From the NCBI RefSeq assembly GCF_009914755.1, contig NC_060934.1: a DNA stretch of 64,000 nucleotides; one strand, given 5' to 3'. Of the stretch, positions 11,109 to 27,160 are shown piece by piece (position 1 is the first letter of the stretch; each line of letters starts with the position of its first letter). A program made the position numbers and the translations under genes. The stretch comes from the human T2T-CHM13v2.0 reference genome, Homo sapiens. The notes below the pieces were generated by a model that had not been told where the DNA came from, did not search any database, and saw only the letters and a list, made by a program, of their open reading frames with translations.

Positions 11109-13483
11109 GAGGCACCTGTAAACATTGTTCCTCCAGTTTTTCCTTTCTTCCCAGCAATGAATTCAGACAGGATATATTGGTGGCTCTGTTTAACCAAAAA
11201 CTACTCAGTTTTTCTCTATACCCTTATGAGGATTAAATGAATGGAGATAAATCATGTCTACAGTGGAATCAAAAGTTCTCAAACTTGCCTGTTCAGGATA
11301 ACTCTTTCTTATAGAAGTCAATTTTTTCATATATATTTTTTTATTTCTGATCCCCTCTTCCCACAACTTCTACCTCTAATTTCTATTCACTTTATTTTTA
11401 TAGCATTTTCTTTCTCCTATGTAGTTCTGTGAAGGGGGTCTGTAGTGGATATAATCTATATTTAGTACATGATTAATTTTGTCTTTGCTGAGGTTTTTTT
11501 TTTTTTTTTTTTTTTTAACAGCAAGCTTGTCCTTAATTTGCTGAGTTCTTGGCTATATTTTGTTATGTCCCAAATGTGCTGAAGTCTCCTATCACTCCTA
11601 CAACTGCAAAAGAAACATCATTTTATAGTTTCATCCTTGTTTTGTTTTTTTTTTTCCCTACATTGTAGAGACTTCAGAAGATGTATATACTACATTTTAT
11701 TCTGAGATTTCTAACCTAACTTATTGTCCTTTTTTCAGTTTTCACATTTTATGAAAGTCATGCATACATGTAGTTTGAAAAGTTGTAGTTTACACTGAAG
11801 ACTTAAACCAACAGTCTTATGTCCCACCCATCTCCAACTTTAATTCCCTCTTCCTAGAAATAGCCACTCAGTTTTTTTACCTGTTTTCTCTAACATCAAC
11901 ATCCATCTTTCTAAATAAAATTTTTGTCCTATTTTTTTGTTTTAGATATTACATACTGATATCTTTCTCTGGAAGAGAACTATGTAACTCAAATACGTTC
12001 CTCTTCCAATATTCTAACACTTTCTGTCCTCCAATTTTCCCCCATATAACATACTATTTGCTTAGAGTAGTATGTATAGAGATTTTTATTATGAGTATGT
12101 AATTTGTACTCACATTTAAACCACAAAATGTACCATTAGTATATTCCCTTTTCTGTAATTTTTAGTTGTCTTGAAGTTAGTAATTGCCTCATTTCCTCAT
12201 TTTCCAGGTTTTTATGTTCTAATTAATTCTAAAAATAGCCTCTGGAATTGTTAATTTTCTCTAAGGTACATTCAAAAAATTATTTTGTCCTTTTCCTTCC
12301 TGCCTGCCTTTTTGTCTTCCCCCCTTCCATGTTTTCTATCCCTCCCTCCTTCCTTCTTTCTTTAATTTTTCTGGACTTATACCCCTTTGACTCCTTCATA
12401 CTCCTTCTTTGGACTTCAGTATTCTCTGTCATGGTGTGCTGCATAAATCACACTTGGATGTCACTTCACCAGTAACCTTGGAGATTTCCTTAACCTGTCA
12501 TCTGTGATGATGCAATGTCCTATTTTCTGCCTTGGTCTGGAGTAGAGTTATTTCTAGAATGTTGCTGGGAAGGGTATATGAGAAATATATATTTTTTGAT
12601 ATTTTATTTATAAGGTATCTTTACTTTCTCTCAAAATCTTCAAGGCAGTACCCTAGTTTCTTCTAGCTTCAGTATTGCCTCAGAGAAGTCCAGTGATATG
12701 CTGATTCCTGGTCCTTTGCATGATATATGATCTTTTTTAGTCATCATTTCTTGGATGTTAATTTGTGTTGTAGTGTGTATTAGTAATTCGTTCCTTTTTA
12801 TTGCTTAACACGATTCCATTGTATTAAGATGTTTTGTTTATCCACTCATCAGCTGATGGGAATTTAGATTGATTGTATGAATTTCGCTTCTGCAAATGTT
12901 TTTATACATGACTCTGTGTGAACATACATTTTTGTTTTTCTTAAGCAGGTAACTAGGAGTGGAACTGCCAGGTAATATGTTAAATGTAGGTTTAAATTTT
13001 CAAGAAACTGCCAAACTGTTTTTCAAAGTAGCTGTACCACTTTACATTCCCACCAGCAATGCATAAAGGTCTCAATTTTTCACATCTTTGCCAATACTTA
13101 CACTCTAAGTCTTTTTCAATTTTAACTATGCTACTTTGCATGTAGAGGTATCTTATAGTTTTAATTTGCATTTCTTGATGACGAATTCTGTTGAGCATTT
13201 TCTCATGTGCTACTTATCATACCTCATAATGTGTCTATTAAAATATTTTGGCCATTATTATTATCAAGTTGTAAGAGTTTTTTATAGAGTCTGGATTTAA
13301 GTCCTTATTAAGATATATGATTGGCAAATACGCTCTCTCAGCTGTAGCTTGTCTTTTCATTTTCTTAATGAAGAGCAAAAGTTGTAAATTTTGATGATGC
13401 TTAACATCAATTTTTATTTAATACATCATGCTTTGATGTTATATTCGAGAAAAAATCTTTTCCTAATACAAAATTATAAAATT

Positions 13484-13744
13484 TGCTGGGTGTGGTGGCT
13501 CACCCCTGTAATCCCAGCACTTTTGGAGGCTGAGGTGGGAGGATTGCTTGAGGGTAAGAGTTGGGGACCAGCCTGGGCAAAAAAGTGAGACCCTATCTCC
13601 ATAAAAAATTAAAAGTGAGCGGAGCTAAAGTTGGGAAGATCACTTGAGCCTAGGAGGTCAAGGCTGCAGTGAGTTGTGATCATACCACTGCACTACAGCC
13701 TGGCAGATAAAGTGAGCCCCTGCCTTGAAAGAAAAAAAGAAAAA
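13484..13744 (+). mobile_element. AluJ with internal deletion
   Basis: Alu left arm followed by a shortened right arm. TSD AAAATTATA(A/C)AATTT. Confidence 0.88.
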
Positions 13745-15099
13745 TTATACAATTTTTTCCTGATGTTTTCTTTGGTAAGTTTTTTTTTTTCACATTTTGT
13801 ACTTATTTTTAAGTCTGTTATATATTTTGAGATTAGTTTCTTATGTGGTATGAAGTGTAGGTCTAAAACAAATTCATCGTTTTGTATGTGGATATCCAGT
13901 TGTCTCAGTAGAAATTGTTGAAAATGCTATCCTTTTCCCATTTAATTACCTTGGCACTTTTGTTGAAAATCAATTGACCTTTCATTTAAGGATTTATTTT
14001 GGGACTCTATTCTGTTCCATCGATCTATATGTCTATTTTTATAACAATACCGCACACACTCTCAAATACTTCAGCTTCATAGGGTACTATAAAGTTGATT
14101 ATGGTAAGTCCTCCAGCTTTTCTCTTCTGTTTCAAAATTACTTTGTTCATTTAAGGTCTTTTGCTTTTCCAAATCAAGTTTCGGATCAGCTTATGAATTT
14201 CTGCCAAAAATGTGGGATTTTCATAAGGATTGAAACTGTAGATCCATTTGGGGAGAATTAACATCTTAACAATATGGATTATTTCTGTCCATGAATATGA
14301 AATGTCTCCCCTTTAATATTTAATTTATCTCAGCAATATTTTATAGTTTTCAGTATACAGGTTTTTCACAACTTTTGTTACATGTATTACAAAGTATTCT
14401 ACTCTTTTTAATGATGTTGTACATTGTATTGTTTTCTTAATTTTAATTTTGAACTTTTGTTTCTAGTATATAGAAATACAGTTGGTTTTGCTGTATCAAT
14501 GTTACATCTTGAAAATCTGTTAATTTTTTTTTTATTAATTCTAGTAGGTATTCTGTAAATTCCTGAGGATTTTCTACATGAGGAGTGATGTCTTCTGCCA
14601 ATAAAGAAAAGTTTACTTCTTCCTTTTCAATCTGGGGGAATTTACTTTCTATTTCTTGCTTTATTGTACTGGCTAGAACTTATAGTACAATATTAAATGG
14701 AAGTAGTGAGAATGGATGTACTTGTCTGGTTCTTGATCTTAGGGCAGAAACATTGTCTTTTATTATACGTATATTTTTTAAGCTATAGGTTTTATGTAGA
14801 TGCATTTTAATTGGTTGAAGATGTTTCTTTTTATTCCTATTTTACCGAAAGTGTTTATCATGATTAGATGTTGGAATTTGTCGAATGTTCTCTCTGCATT
14901 TATAGAGATGACCTTGTGGATCTTGTGTTTTTTCTTCTTTATTCTAATATGGTGCATTAATTAATGAATATTTGATTTTTTTGCATAATCCATGAGAAGT
15001 AAAATGATGTTATATTAATCTTAAATTTCTGGGATAAATGACACTTGGTCATGGTGTGTAATTCTTTTTAATATATTGATGATCTAAAAACTATTTTGT

Positions 15100-15403
<304 letters not shown>

Positions 15404-15639
15404 CTATTTTGCTCAAGATATTTATATGTATACTCATGAAGAATATTTTTCTCTAGTTTTTATTTTGCATGATTTTACCCCCTAGCTTTAGAATAAAGGT
15501 AATATTGGCGTCTTAGAATGAGTTGGCAAATATTCCCTCTTCCTCAATTTTTTTTCTTCTCAAACTTTTATTTATTGGAGATTAGACCTCCTGAACTAAT
15601 TTTCTAAAGTTATTATCTCATTTCTCTTATGCTTATCTT

Positions 15640-16800
<1,161 letters not shown>

Positions 16801-19258
16801 GGTTTGTTGTTAATTTTTTGAGATGTTTCAAAGTCACATATTTAGATCTGTTATTGCAACTTTTATTTCAGCTAAAATTTAAACATATAAATATATATAG
16901 TTTTGCTATTTTCTATCCTCTCCACCTCCTATGGTGCGATATTTTCTATCTCTACAGAACAATGAGTTAGAGGTTAATAATATTGCATTTACTCTTTGTA
17001 TTGCCTATATTAACTAGGCTATGATTCCCTTTAAAGATTTTTATTTTGGACTCTATTTTTTATGTTATAACTACCAGTGATTTTAAGATCTGTAATTTTC
17101 TGTTTATATGTAACAGCGAGTCTCTAAATACATTAATTTAAATTGACATACATATTTGGCCAACTGGTAGGCTTTGTTTTGGGTGATCTTGCTAGTCTGT
17201 ATCATTGGAGGATGCCTCCCTCCCTATACCAGACTTTATCTGATTTTTATCTTTTTTTAGAACCATTTTCCTACAGGGGAATCTTCTCTTCTGCTTGTGA
17301 GGAAGGAGCCTTGAGTCTGGAGCAGAGTTATAAACCTAGCTACATGTGTTCTTGGAGATGAGTCATCTCACTATTTAGAATTCAGATTTTCACTCAGTAT
17401 CTGTATTTTGATTACATGTCTTGCCTTTAGCTATGTCTGATTTTCCTGAGTCTAAGGATTTTTTTTTTTTTTAAATAGAACTTCCTTCTTCTGCCAGGTA
17501 TGTGGGAGACATGATTCCCAGTGCACAGTATAGTGAGAATGTCTGGAGTTCTATCTCTCTCTTCTTTTTTTAAATGTGGAATTTGAGTCAAACCACCAGC
17601 TTTTAGCCCAATTTGGCATACATTAGTGGTTCTGCCATTGGCTGAATATTAGAAGTGTCTTGAAGATTTGAAGGGAAACAATATCAAACAAACAAAAAGT
17701 GGAAAAGATAGAAAAAAGAAGGGGAAATCATCATTTACTAGCCAGAGATCCTGGTAGATAGAGGGTTTTTTTAAAAAAAAAACGCCTGATGTGACTGTAC
17801 AGGGTTTGGAATGGCTGCCTTTCTTTTCATCTCTAAGCCTTCCATAGTCCCTGTCTTACAGCATCTCCTGCCACTGTTCACTTTTATAATGAGGCTCTAG
17901 CCACATTTTTGCTGTTTCAATAACACTCTATGTCTAAGCTTTTATGGGGGATGGTGGGGAGAAAATTGTTGCCATTGTTTTCCTTTTGATTTGAATCTCA
18001 TGATTAAGATTTCTGAATTCTGCTTCCTTGCCTTCTTCAAGAATCTATTAAAATATCCGAAATTTTGCTTTTTTTCTAACCATCTGATTTTAAATAGCAG
18101 CACTCAATTTCTTATTTTTTTCTTCATTCTATGCTTCATTTTTCTCCATAGAGTGTTTGTTAATTTTAAAATACTACAGTTTATATTTTACTTCTTAACT
18201 TATCTTCCCTTGCTTCTTCCAGTTAAGTAAATGTTCTATGAACCAGGAATTTATATTAGTTCCATTCTCAGTTTTTCCTCCAGATTCCCAAAGAGAAACC
18301 TAGGTATAATTCTATGTTTAATAAAAAGTTGTCAACTCAAGAAATAAGTAAATGAGTTAACACATAGTAATATTTCAAAATATGTGAGAACAGTAGAGAA
18401 AAACATAAATATAATATAACACTATACATTTTATTTCTCAGCTTTTGATAGATCAAACAGACCCCTAAAATTAGGGAGATAGTAGGCATTCTGAATAAGA
18501 TTAGTACTAAATTATTTTATGTTTCCAATGGTAAAAATAATATGAAAGATTAATAAAATCTTTATAGCTAATATAAAAAAATTTAAAAAATAACAGAAGT
18601 AGAATTGAAACCTACAAATACTTGAAAACAAAACAAAAATAAACTCCCTTCCTAAACAATTCTTAGTCAATGCAAATAATGATGAAACATCTGATTTTAA
18701 ACTTCTTAAGTATGTGTCTCTATGGATTTGACTAAAATAATAAGTAAAATAATAAAATAACTTCTTAAGTAAAACTATAAGCAAACAAAAACTCTGCATT
18801 TTGTCAGTAATAAGTAATATCACAATCACCTTATTTGACCCAGGGACTTCGTATTATAAAATCAGTCAGAAGAAAAATGCACTTGCATGTGTATTGAAAT
18901 TCCTTGAAAACATAGATATACAGTAGCTTCCAAATAACCAAGGAATATCAATATAAAATAAAAATATATTTAAGTACGAATATGTTGGAAAAGTTTAAAA
19001 GTGTATTTTTCATACGTATTCCTTTAAAATATTTATAAATTCTTTACCCTTGTATTCAAATGTGTTTTCTTATTACATTTCATACTTAGTATTTCAATAA
19101 AAAACATTTTCTCTAAGGCTAGTAATAAAATCAAGTTAATATCTTTGCATAGACTTTTATTCACTTTTCATGTTATGAATCTCCTTTTGTTGTTAAGAAA
19201 AGTACCCACTTGCGGTTCCGAAGAGCCACAACTCTCATCTTCAAACAGGTCAATGCTC

Positions 19259-19404
19259 TAAGCAATAATCCCACAACTGGAGACAATGTATAAGGCAATA
19301 AACTCCTCCTGTTCCATAAACAGTGAGCCCTGAAAGCTAAGTGTTTATGACAGCAGGAGCTTTACTGCTGAATGACATTTTCTAGTACTCTGGAAATATT
19401 GTGG
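19259..19404. repeat. Imperfect palindrome / hairpin, probably an ancient palindromic DNA-transposon-derived element
   Basis: Core arms GCAATAAACTCCTCCTGTTCCATAAACAGTGAGC (19295-19328) and GCTAAGTGTTTATGACAGCAGGAGCTTTACTGC (19336-19368) around a 7-nt loop. Weaker symmetry extends outward. Confidence 0.75.
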
Positions 19405-19730
19405 AAGTGAACAGAGAAAGATTATCATGGCAAAGATATAAAGACTTTAACATTTTTACCTTTTTTTGTAGAATTTGAAGAATAAATAGAATTGATAAGC
19501 AAGAAACTATGTTTATTGCATACAAGAATTGTGTAAGCTATTTACTGAGTTTATCAAAGGCAGGCCTTTGGATCCACTCTGGTGAGAGTAGGTCACTCAA
19601 AACAATGCCACTGGATTTAGGAGCATTCTCTACTGCCTAGAAAATACTAAATGAGGAAAAAATAAATAAATAGGTAAATAATGTGTGCACCAAATGGTGG
19701 ATCACACTGTTCATGAAAAAAATATATGTT

Positions 19731-20022
<292 letters not shown>

Positions 20023-20165
20023 GAAAATATATATGTTGATAACTTTTTGCTTTTAAAAGTAATAATGCTTATTGGGGTAAATACAAAAATAGAAGAAAAA
20101 TTTTAAAACTGTGTATACAATCATGACCCAAAGACTTTTCCCATTTTGAAGGGTCTCTTTTCAAT

Positions 20166-20323
20166 ATTTTATTTTTACTTATTTCTTTTTATTATTTTTA
20201 TTTAAAAATATAGAGATGGAGTCTCGCCGTGTTGCCCAGGCTGGTTTCCAACTCCCGGTCTCAAGTGATCCTCCCACCTCAGTGTAAACTGGGATTACAG
20301 GTGTGAGTCACTGTCCCTGGACT
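20166..20323 (-). mobile_element. FLAM / Alu monomer
   Basis: T-rich tail plus an antisense left monomer. Confidence 0.85.
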
Positions 20324-21053
20324 GTTTTCAGTATTTTTCAACATGTATATATGTCTTGAAACTTTAATTTTTAAGTTTTTATTGAAATTCTTGTTCATTT
20401 TAATTTAAAGTTGCCTTAACTCCATAAGATGATTGAAAGACTCTTCTCCAAATTTCTCAAATCAGAAGAAAGTACTGTTAAAAGTGTCAGTTGTATTCTT
20501 TTCCACACTTTTCTATACACATGAATAATCATATATATACATAAATGTGGATATATGTAAACAACTTTATTTATGAAATAGACAAAATTTTAAATCTGTA
20601 CACTATTGTTTACAAAAATTTAAATTCTCTTTTTTTTTACTTATAATTGATAGGAATTGATATGAACATTTCACATTACTATATGGTATCAATAATTGTC
20701 ATTTTTAATGGTTGTACTAACATTCTATTGAAAGAAAATGCCAAAATGTAAACAGCATTTACTTATTGTTATATACTTGGATTATTTGAATTTTTCGGCA
20801 TGTAAGTTATATTTTGACAAACAACTTTTTGGAATTAATTTTTTTTTAATATTTGATTTGGAGTTAATGAAAGAAAACTCTTATCCTTTAGTACAAAGTT
20901 GCCTTTCTAGTGTGTTATACTATTTTTATATGCCCACAGCAGTGTGTCAGAGTCATTAAAACTTAATCATTGGAAACTTGTAAACATAGAAATGACATAA
21001 TGTTATTCACAATTTAGATGAAAAAATAGTGGGCAGAAGTAGTTAGAAACTGA

Positions 21054-21445
<392 letters not shown>

Positions 21446-23229
21446 AAATTACATATTTTTAAATACTCTGTTCCAAGAATTGTTTTAAGTCTCTGGCAGG
21501 TTCTTGAGACAAGGTCCAGATACTCTCTTCTGAATATATATAATTAAAATAGTTTATATATATATAAGTGAACTTGACATATTTAGAGCATAATGGGGAA
21601 AACTTGGTCAAAATGACTTCATTTTCAGGCTTGATGACTAAGTGAATGATAATATTATTTTTTTCACCCTTTTTCTTGCTCTGTTTTTGCAACATTCCCC
21701 TCCTTCCTCCATCATTCTTAGCGCCATCTCAACTAAATGACTCTTACTCATTTTTCAGGACTAGGAAAAATGTCTATTCATCCAGGAAACCCTCCATGAC
21801 CTAACCACATTTAATACAATGCTGCTCCTTGGTGCTTTCTTATTCCCTAAACAGACAGAGGGGTGGTGTCTTTTACGTACTTATTAAATTTCAGTACTAA
21901 ATTCTTCTGTTAGTAATTCCAAGTTCTATTGTTCCTATACTTCTGAAGGAAAAGAGTGGCAAATCAGAAGAGAAGAATTGCAAGCCTAAGAAAGCCAAAC
22001 CATCCTGATATTCATAGGTTTCAGTCATTTCCTTAGAAGCATTTTTCCCTCAATCATCTCTTCAATGACAAGGTCCAGTGTAGAATAGCAGCTTGCCAGC
22101 TTGACATGTACTTATTCTTTGCCTTCCTCTCTCTCTCAATTAACAAGTTCCTGTTATTTTGCTCTTCCATCAAGTCATAGACAATACTATTATGTGGTTG
22201 AATTAATTTAATGTCACGCAAGGTCATAAATGGCTGTACAAGTGTCATCTTTTATCGATTTATGCACCATTTGCCATGAGCTTGACTCAAAAAATTCACT
22301 TACTGCTGTTTCACTTCATTTGGAAGAATCATAACTGCTTAGATCTTTTAGAATGGATAGTCTCTTAGGAAATAGACTGAGGTATATTTTTGAAATTCAG
22401 TGCTATGAAACATATAAACTAAATCATAATGTAGTTCTGTCTAAAAATGATTTGTTTTCCTTGAAAAAAGCTATTCTTCATAGTTAGAAAACAAAGAAAC
22501 TGTTTTATTCTACCACTTAGTTGATTCTACATAAGTTTCATAGGTGTAATATTATACGGGCATTTTGCATGTGGTCAGTGCTCTTAAGGGCTTTTCCCAC
22601 AATCGTAATTTATTTTTGGCTAAATTTTCTAACTTAATCATGACAACATTCTGAAATTATTAGAAATCTCATGAAAATAAATTTATTTATTTATTTATTT
22701 ATTTATTTATGTTTTTAAAGTTTCCTCTCAAGAAGAGAAAATGTTTTATTTTTGACAATAATGTGTGTACATAGTATATATTCACATCTTTGCCATTATC
22801 TTATTTGGACACTGAGACAACATCTTATTTTCAATCAATTCTAGATGTCAAAATATGTGAATTCACATTCTGTTAGGAAATACAAAAGTAAAAATGTAAA
22901 AATTCTTTAAAATAAAAACTCACTTTTTTCTAGCTTCTGTGTTTTTTAACTTAACAATGTCATCTTGCTCTATAAATGTTCACAGAAATATAATTAACAT
23001 TATTAATTTTTCTTTGTTTCTAGGTGAGAGTTGTTTTACAGGCACTTTCAAACCTAGGGACATTGGAAAAATGTACAATATTTGTTTTGTAAAATTTTCT
23101 TAAAATATATTCAGCACCTAGCTCAACAATATATTCTCTATGAATTTCTTCCCAAACTGTTTAGCTAATATTGACCTCTGACTTCTCTGAAGTTGAGGGT
23201 GCCAACTTCTTCCTTTGTATCATCTACAA

Positions 23230-23434
23230 CAGGGATCTGTACAGTTTCTGTAAAGGGCTAGTTATTAAGGGTTTTGGGGATGATATGGTTTTGTTGTAAC
23301 CGTTCCACCTTTACACTGGATGTGAAATCAGCAATATGTAAGTGCATGAGCATGATTGTGTTCCTGTAACACTTTATTTAGAAAAACAGGTGGTGGGCTG
23401 GATTTGGACAATAGGCCATAGTTTACAGACCTGC
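23230..23434 (+). mobile_element. MER58A-like hAT-Charlie DNA transposon
   Basis: Starts CAGGG..TTTCTGTAAAGGGC and ends AAAAACAGGTGGTGGGCTGGATTTGG..CCATAGTTT. Confidence 0.75.
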
Positions 23435-23597
23435 GGTCTATAGCAACACTAGTAATGAGAATACCCCCAGTGGCTAGATGGGTAGCATGAATGCAGCAAG
23501 CCTGGTGCATTTGTTTGACAGATTAATTTGTTTTGTTTATTAAGGAGGTGGAACTTCCGTAAGAAAAATATGTGTTTTCCTGATTTTTATAAATAGA

Positions 23598-24005
23598 TGT
23601 GTTAGATCATTTTGCATTTGTTATAAAGGAATACCTGAAGGTGGGCAATTTATAAAGAAAAGAGGTTTATTTGGGTGACAGTTGTGCAGGCTCTATAAGA
23701 AGCATGGTTCCAGCATCTGCTTCTGGTGAGGACCTCAGGAAGCTTCCAATCAGGACAGAAGGCAAAAGGGAGCTGACATGTCATGAGGGAGGGAGCAAGA
23801 AAGGTGGGAAGTGCCACACTCTTTGAAACAATCGGCTTTTGTGTGAACTAACTGAGCAAGAATTTATTGCCACAGGGAGGGCACCAAGCCGTTTATGTGG
23901 GATCCACCCCTGGGATTCAAACACCTCCCACTAGGCCCCTCCTCCAACACTGGGGGTGGCATTTCAACATGATATTTGGCAGGGGAAAATATTCAAACTG
24001 TATCA
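23598..24005 (-). mobile_element. MaLR solo LTR (MSTB-like)
   Basis: Contains TATAAAGGAATACCTGA..TTTATAAAGAAAAGAGGTTTATT and AGCATCTGCTTCTGGTGAGG, ends TATCA. 5-bp TSD ATAGA/AGAGA. Confidence 0.88.
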
Positions 24006-24717
24006 AGAGATTTTTATTGTGTTTTCTCACTTCTGATAGAAAGAGTTGGGCATAAGAAATATTTAATTATTTTTCACTTTACTACATAAATAAGGACAAT
24101 GTCACAATAGACTCTATGCTTTGATATAGGTAGAACAGCAAGGAGTAGTGAGGACCATGAAATAGAAATAACACCATATGGGAGAGAGGCATAGTGTTTC
24201 AGATATTCCAATTTTTCAAATTTAAAAAATTATATTAAAAATTCCCCCAAATTTAAGTGTTGTAAATAATTTAAAATATTACACAGGTCAAGAAAGTGTA
24301 GTTTGTATAGGACATTTTTACTGGCTAAAGTTGAACCAACTATTTGCAGGATTGGTCTGACAGCACATGGCATAAAAATAGTGTGTGAAAAACAGATGCC
24401 AATTTACTAGTTTACTATGCTCCGTTGGGGGTCACGTGTTAGATAACTGAAAAAATATAAAGCCTGTTAAATTAAAAAGACTAGAAATATCAAATATCTC
24501 ATTTTCTCTTACAGACACAAACTAGTTTATCAGTTGATCATTGGCCAGAAAGATAGGTCTAAAGGGCTTCTTTGATCAGAACCTATGTTACTCAATTATT
24601 GTCACTAGAGGAGGATTTGTGGTGGTTTTGTTTGGTAGCACTTTACCTTCTCATTCTTTAATATATACATATCAGCTATTTAAGCAGATAAGATCTAGTT
24701 GATAATCACAAGTGCTA

Positions 24718-25069
<352 letters not shown>

Positions 25070-26700
25070 ATAGTGAATGTTGGCTTTGCCATAGGATGAT
25101 GTTGGGTACCGATGGTTTGACCACAGTTCAATAATTAAAGTCCCAAGATTCTCATTTTTTTGAAGAGGGACTGGGCAGGGGCTATCTTGACTTGTGCATT
25201 AGATGAGAAATAGGATGATGAGGGTTCTGTTGGACGTAATGAAAAGGAGAGGAATCCTCATCTTGGATAACAGGAGGCCCTAAGGATGGAGGAACATCTG
25301 TTCAAAGCTTAAGACCAAGTTGATGCAGAAAGCACATGTAGAAAGAAGAGACAAGAAAATGAACATATTGAGTATGCTGATAGGTAGACTTGAGAGAAAA
25401 GGTGGATACTAAAGTTGGGTAAAAAAAAGTATTAAAAGATCAGGATTAAGGAGCAGATGAACTGTGAGTGAAGGTAAAACTCAAATGAGCCTAGAATTTG
25501 CCCCAGATAATACACAAAGATTTATTTTCTTATGGGGAAAGATATAGACATAAAAATTAATGTTTAAAGGTAAAAATCATTCACTATGAGCCTAGTGAAT
25601 TCTGTGGCAGGGATTTAAAAATGGTTACTTCATCAGTTTCCTAAGCCATTATCCCTTCAAATGTTAATGGAGAGAAATGAGCCATGCCCGAAACCCAGGC
25701 ATTAGTAGCCAATTGTAATGAGGAACTCACCATGAAGCATTCTTCACTGGGAAAAATCCTGGAAATGTCTAAGTACTTTGACATATTTGTAAGCAAGAAA
25801 GCAACACCACTGTGAGCAGTTACCAGATGCTAGTGAGGCTCAGGGAGAGCTGGAGTGATGATGGCAGTGTTGCAGCTCTGCAGTCAAGGCAGAGAAGATA
25901 CAGGAATATTTTACTCTTTGAATTTTATCTAATTAAGAAAGATAAATTTTGTTCTAATTTTTTCCCCATTGTAAGAAGTTAACTACAACTCAACTCAATC
26001 CAAGGCAGATTTGGCACAGCTTTTGGATGAGTTCCTTATTTCATATGCCTAGTAGCAACATCACTGGATGAGTTCTCAATTGTATTGCAGGAGGGATGTG
26101 TGACTGTTACAGACTAAATTTGGGTGCAGCTATTCATAGTTCATAAGTCTTTGGAAGGTCTAATAATTTGTGTAGAGTGAATATATTAACACAGTGAAGT
26201 TCTCTGAGAGTCTTTTTATGCATTGTATTCGTATCCACAGGTTTTTAAGTAGATTTTCTTTCCTGGCTTTCTCTTCCTCTTTTCTTTTCTCAGCAGCAAT
26301 AGCTATAACCCAAATATGGCAGGCACATTTCTTGGAACACGTGCATTCATAAGCACAGTTAGTGATGAATGACAATATTGAAAGAAGAGTTTATTTTTTT
26401 AAATGCCCACTAAAGACAGACGATTAAAAACTTCAATATGATTTAACATAAATTTGTCAAAGCTATATTTTGAAAATACTCATACATTTAAATAAGAAGC
26501 TCTAAAACCCCACAAGAAGCCATTTAATATTTCACATAGCTGCAAATGCATATATTATTTGAGGTCAAATTAAGCCATAAAATATAAATGTTAAATTGTA
26601 AAGGAAGCATAAAATTCCATCCCAGATTGATTGTATAATATCTTAGCGGAAGACAGAGGTATGTGATCCAGGTTCTGATGAAAACAAAGATTTTTGGTTT

Positions 26701-26870
26701 TGATAAAGATTCTTTGCCTGATCAAACTTAGGCTCCTGAAGCTTCTCCTAGGTCCATCTGTGCTCTTCAGGTTCAGTAAGAGCCCTGCTAAGTCATTTTA
26801 GCAAAAACTTTCCCATTCTCAATATTTAATTGGATTTTCAACCCTAGCCTTCCCCAGGTGATGTTTGGTA
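26701..26870 (+). mobile_element. ERV1 LTR 5' fragment (MER67/MER31-like)
   Basis: TGATAAAGATTCTTTGCCTGATCAAACTT..GGCTCCTGAA resembles the reverse complement of the LTR end at ~38340-38398. Confidence 0.55.
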
Positions 26871-27030
26871 TTCCCTGAAGAAGCCTCAGGGGGAATAACC
26901 CATTTGGCCCTATGCAGCAGAGATGAACCTTTTCTTGACATTAAAAGGAGGCTTTTTATTTAATGGGTAATTTTTCTTAAAACTTGGAGCATTTCAACTA
27001 CTATTTTACCTTTAAAAACACCCTTACAAA

Positions 27031-27160
27031 GAGGGTTGCCAAATTTAGCAATAGTACAGGATGCCCAATTAAATTATTCATAATTGTCTGTGCATATGCT
27101 AAATGTGATAAAATTAAAATATTCTATGAGCCACATTTCTACTAAAAATTATTAATGTGA
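27031..27160. mobile_element. MER33/MER3-like hAT fragment
   Basis: Terminus AGGGTTGCCAAATTTAGCAA..ACAGGATGCCCA.TTAAATT. Confidence 0.6.
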
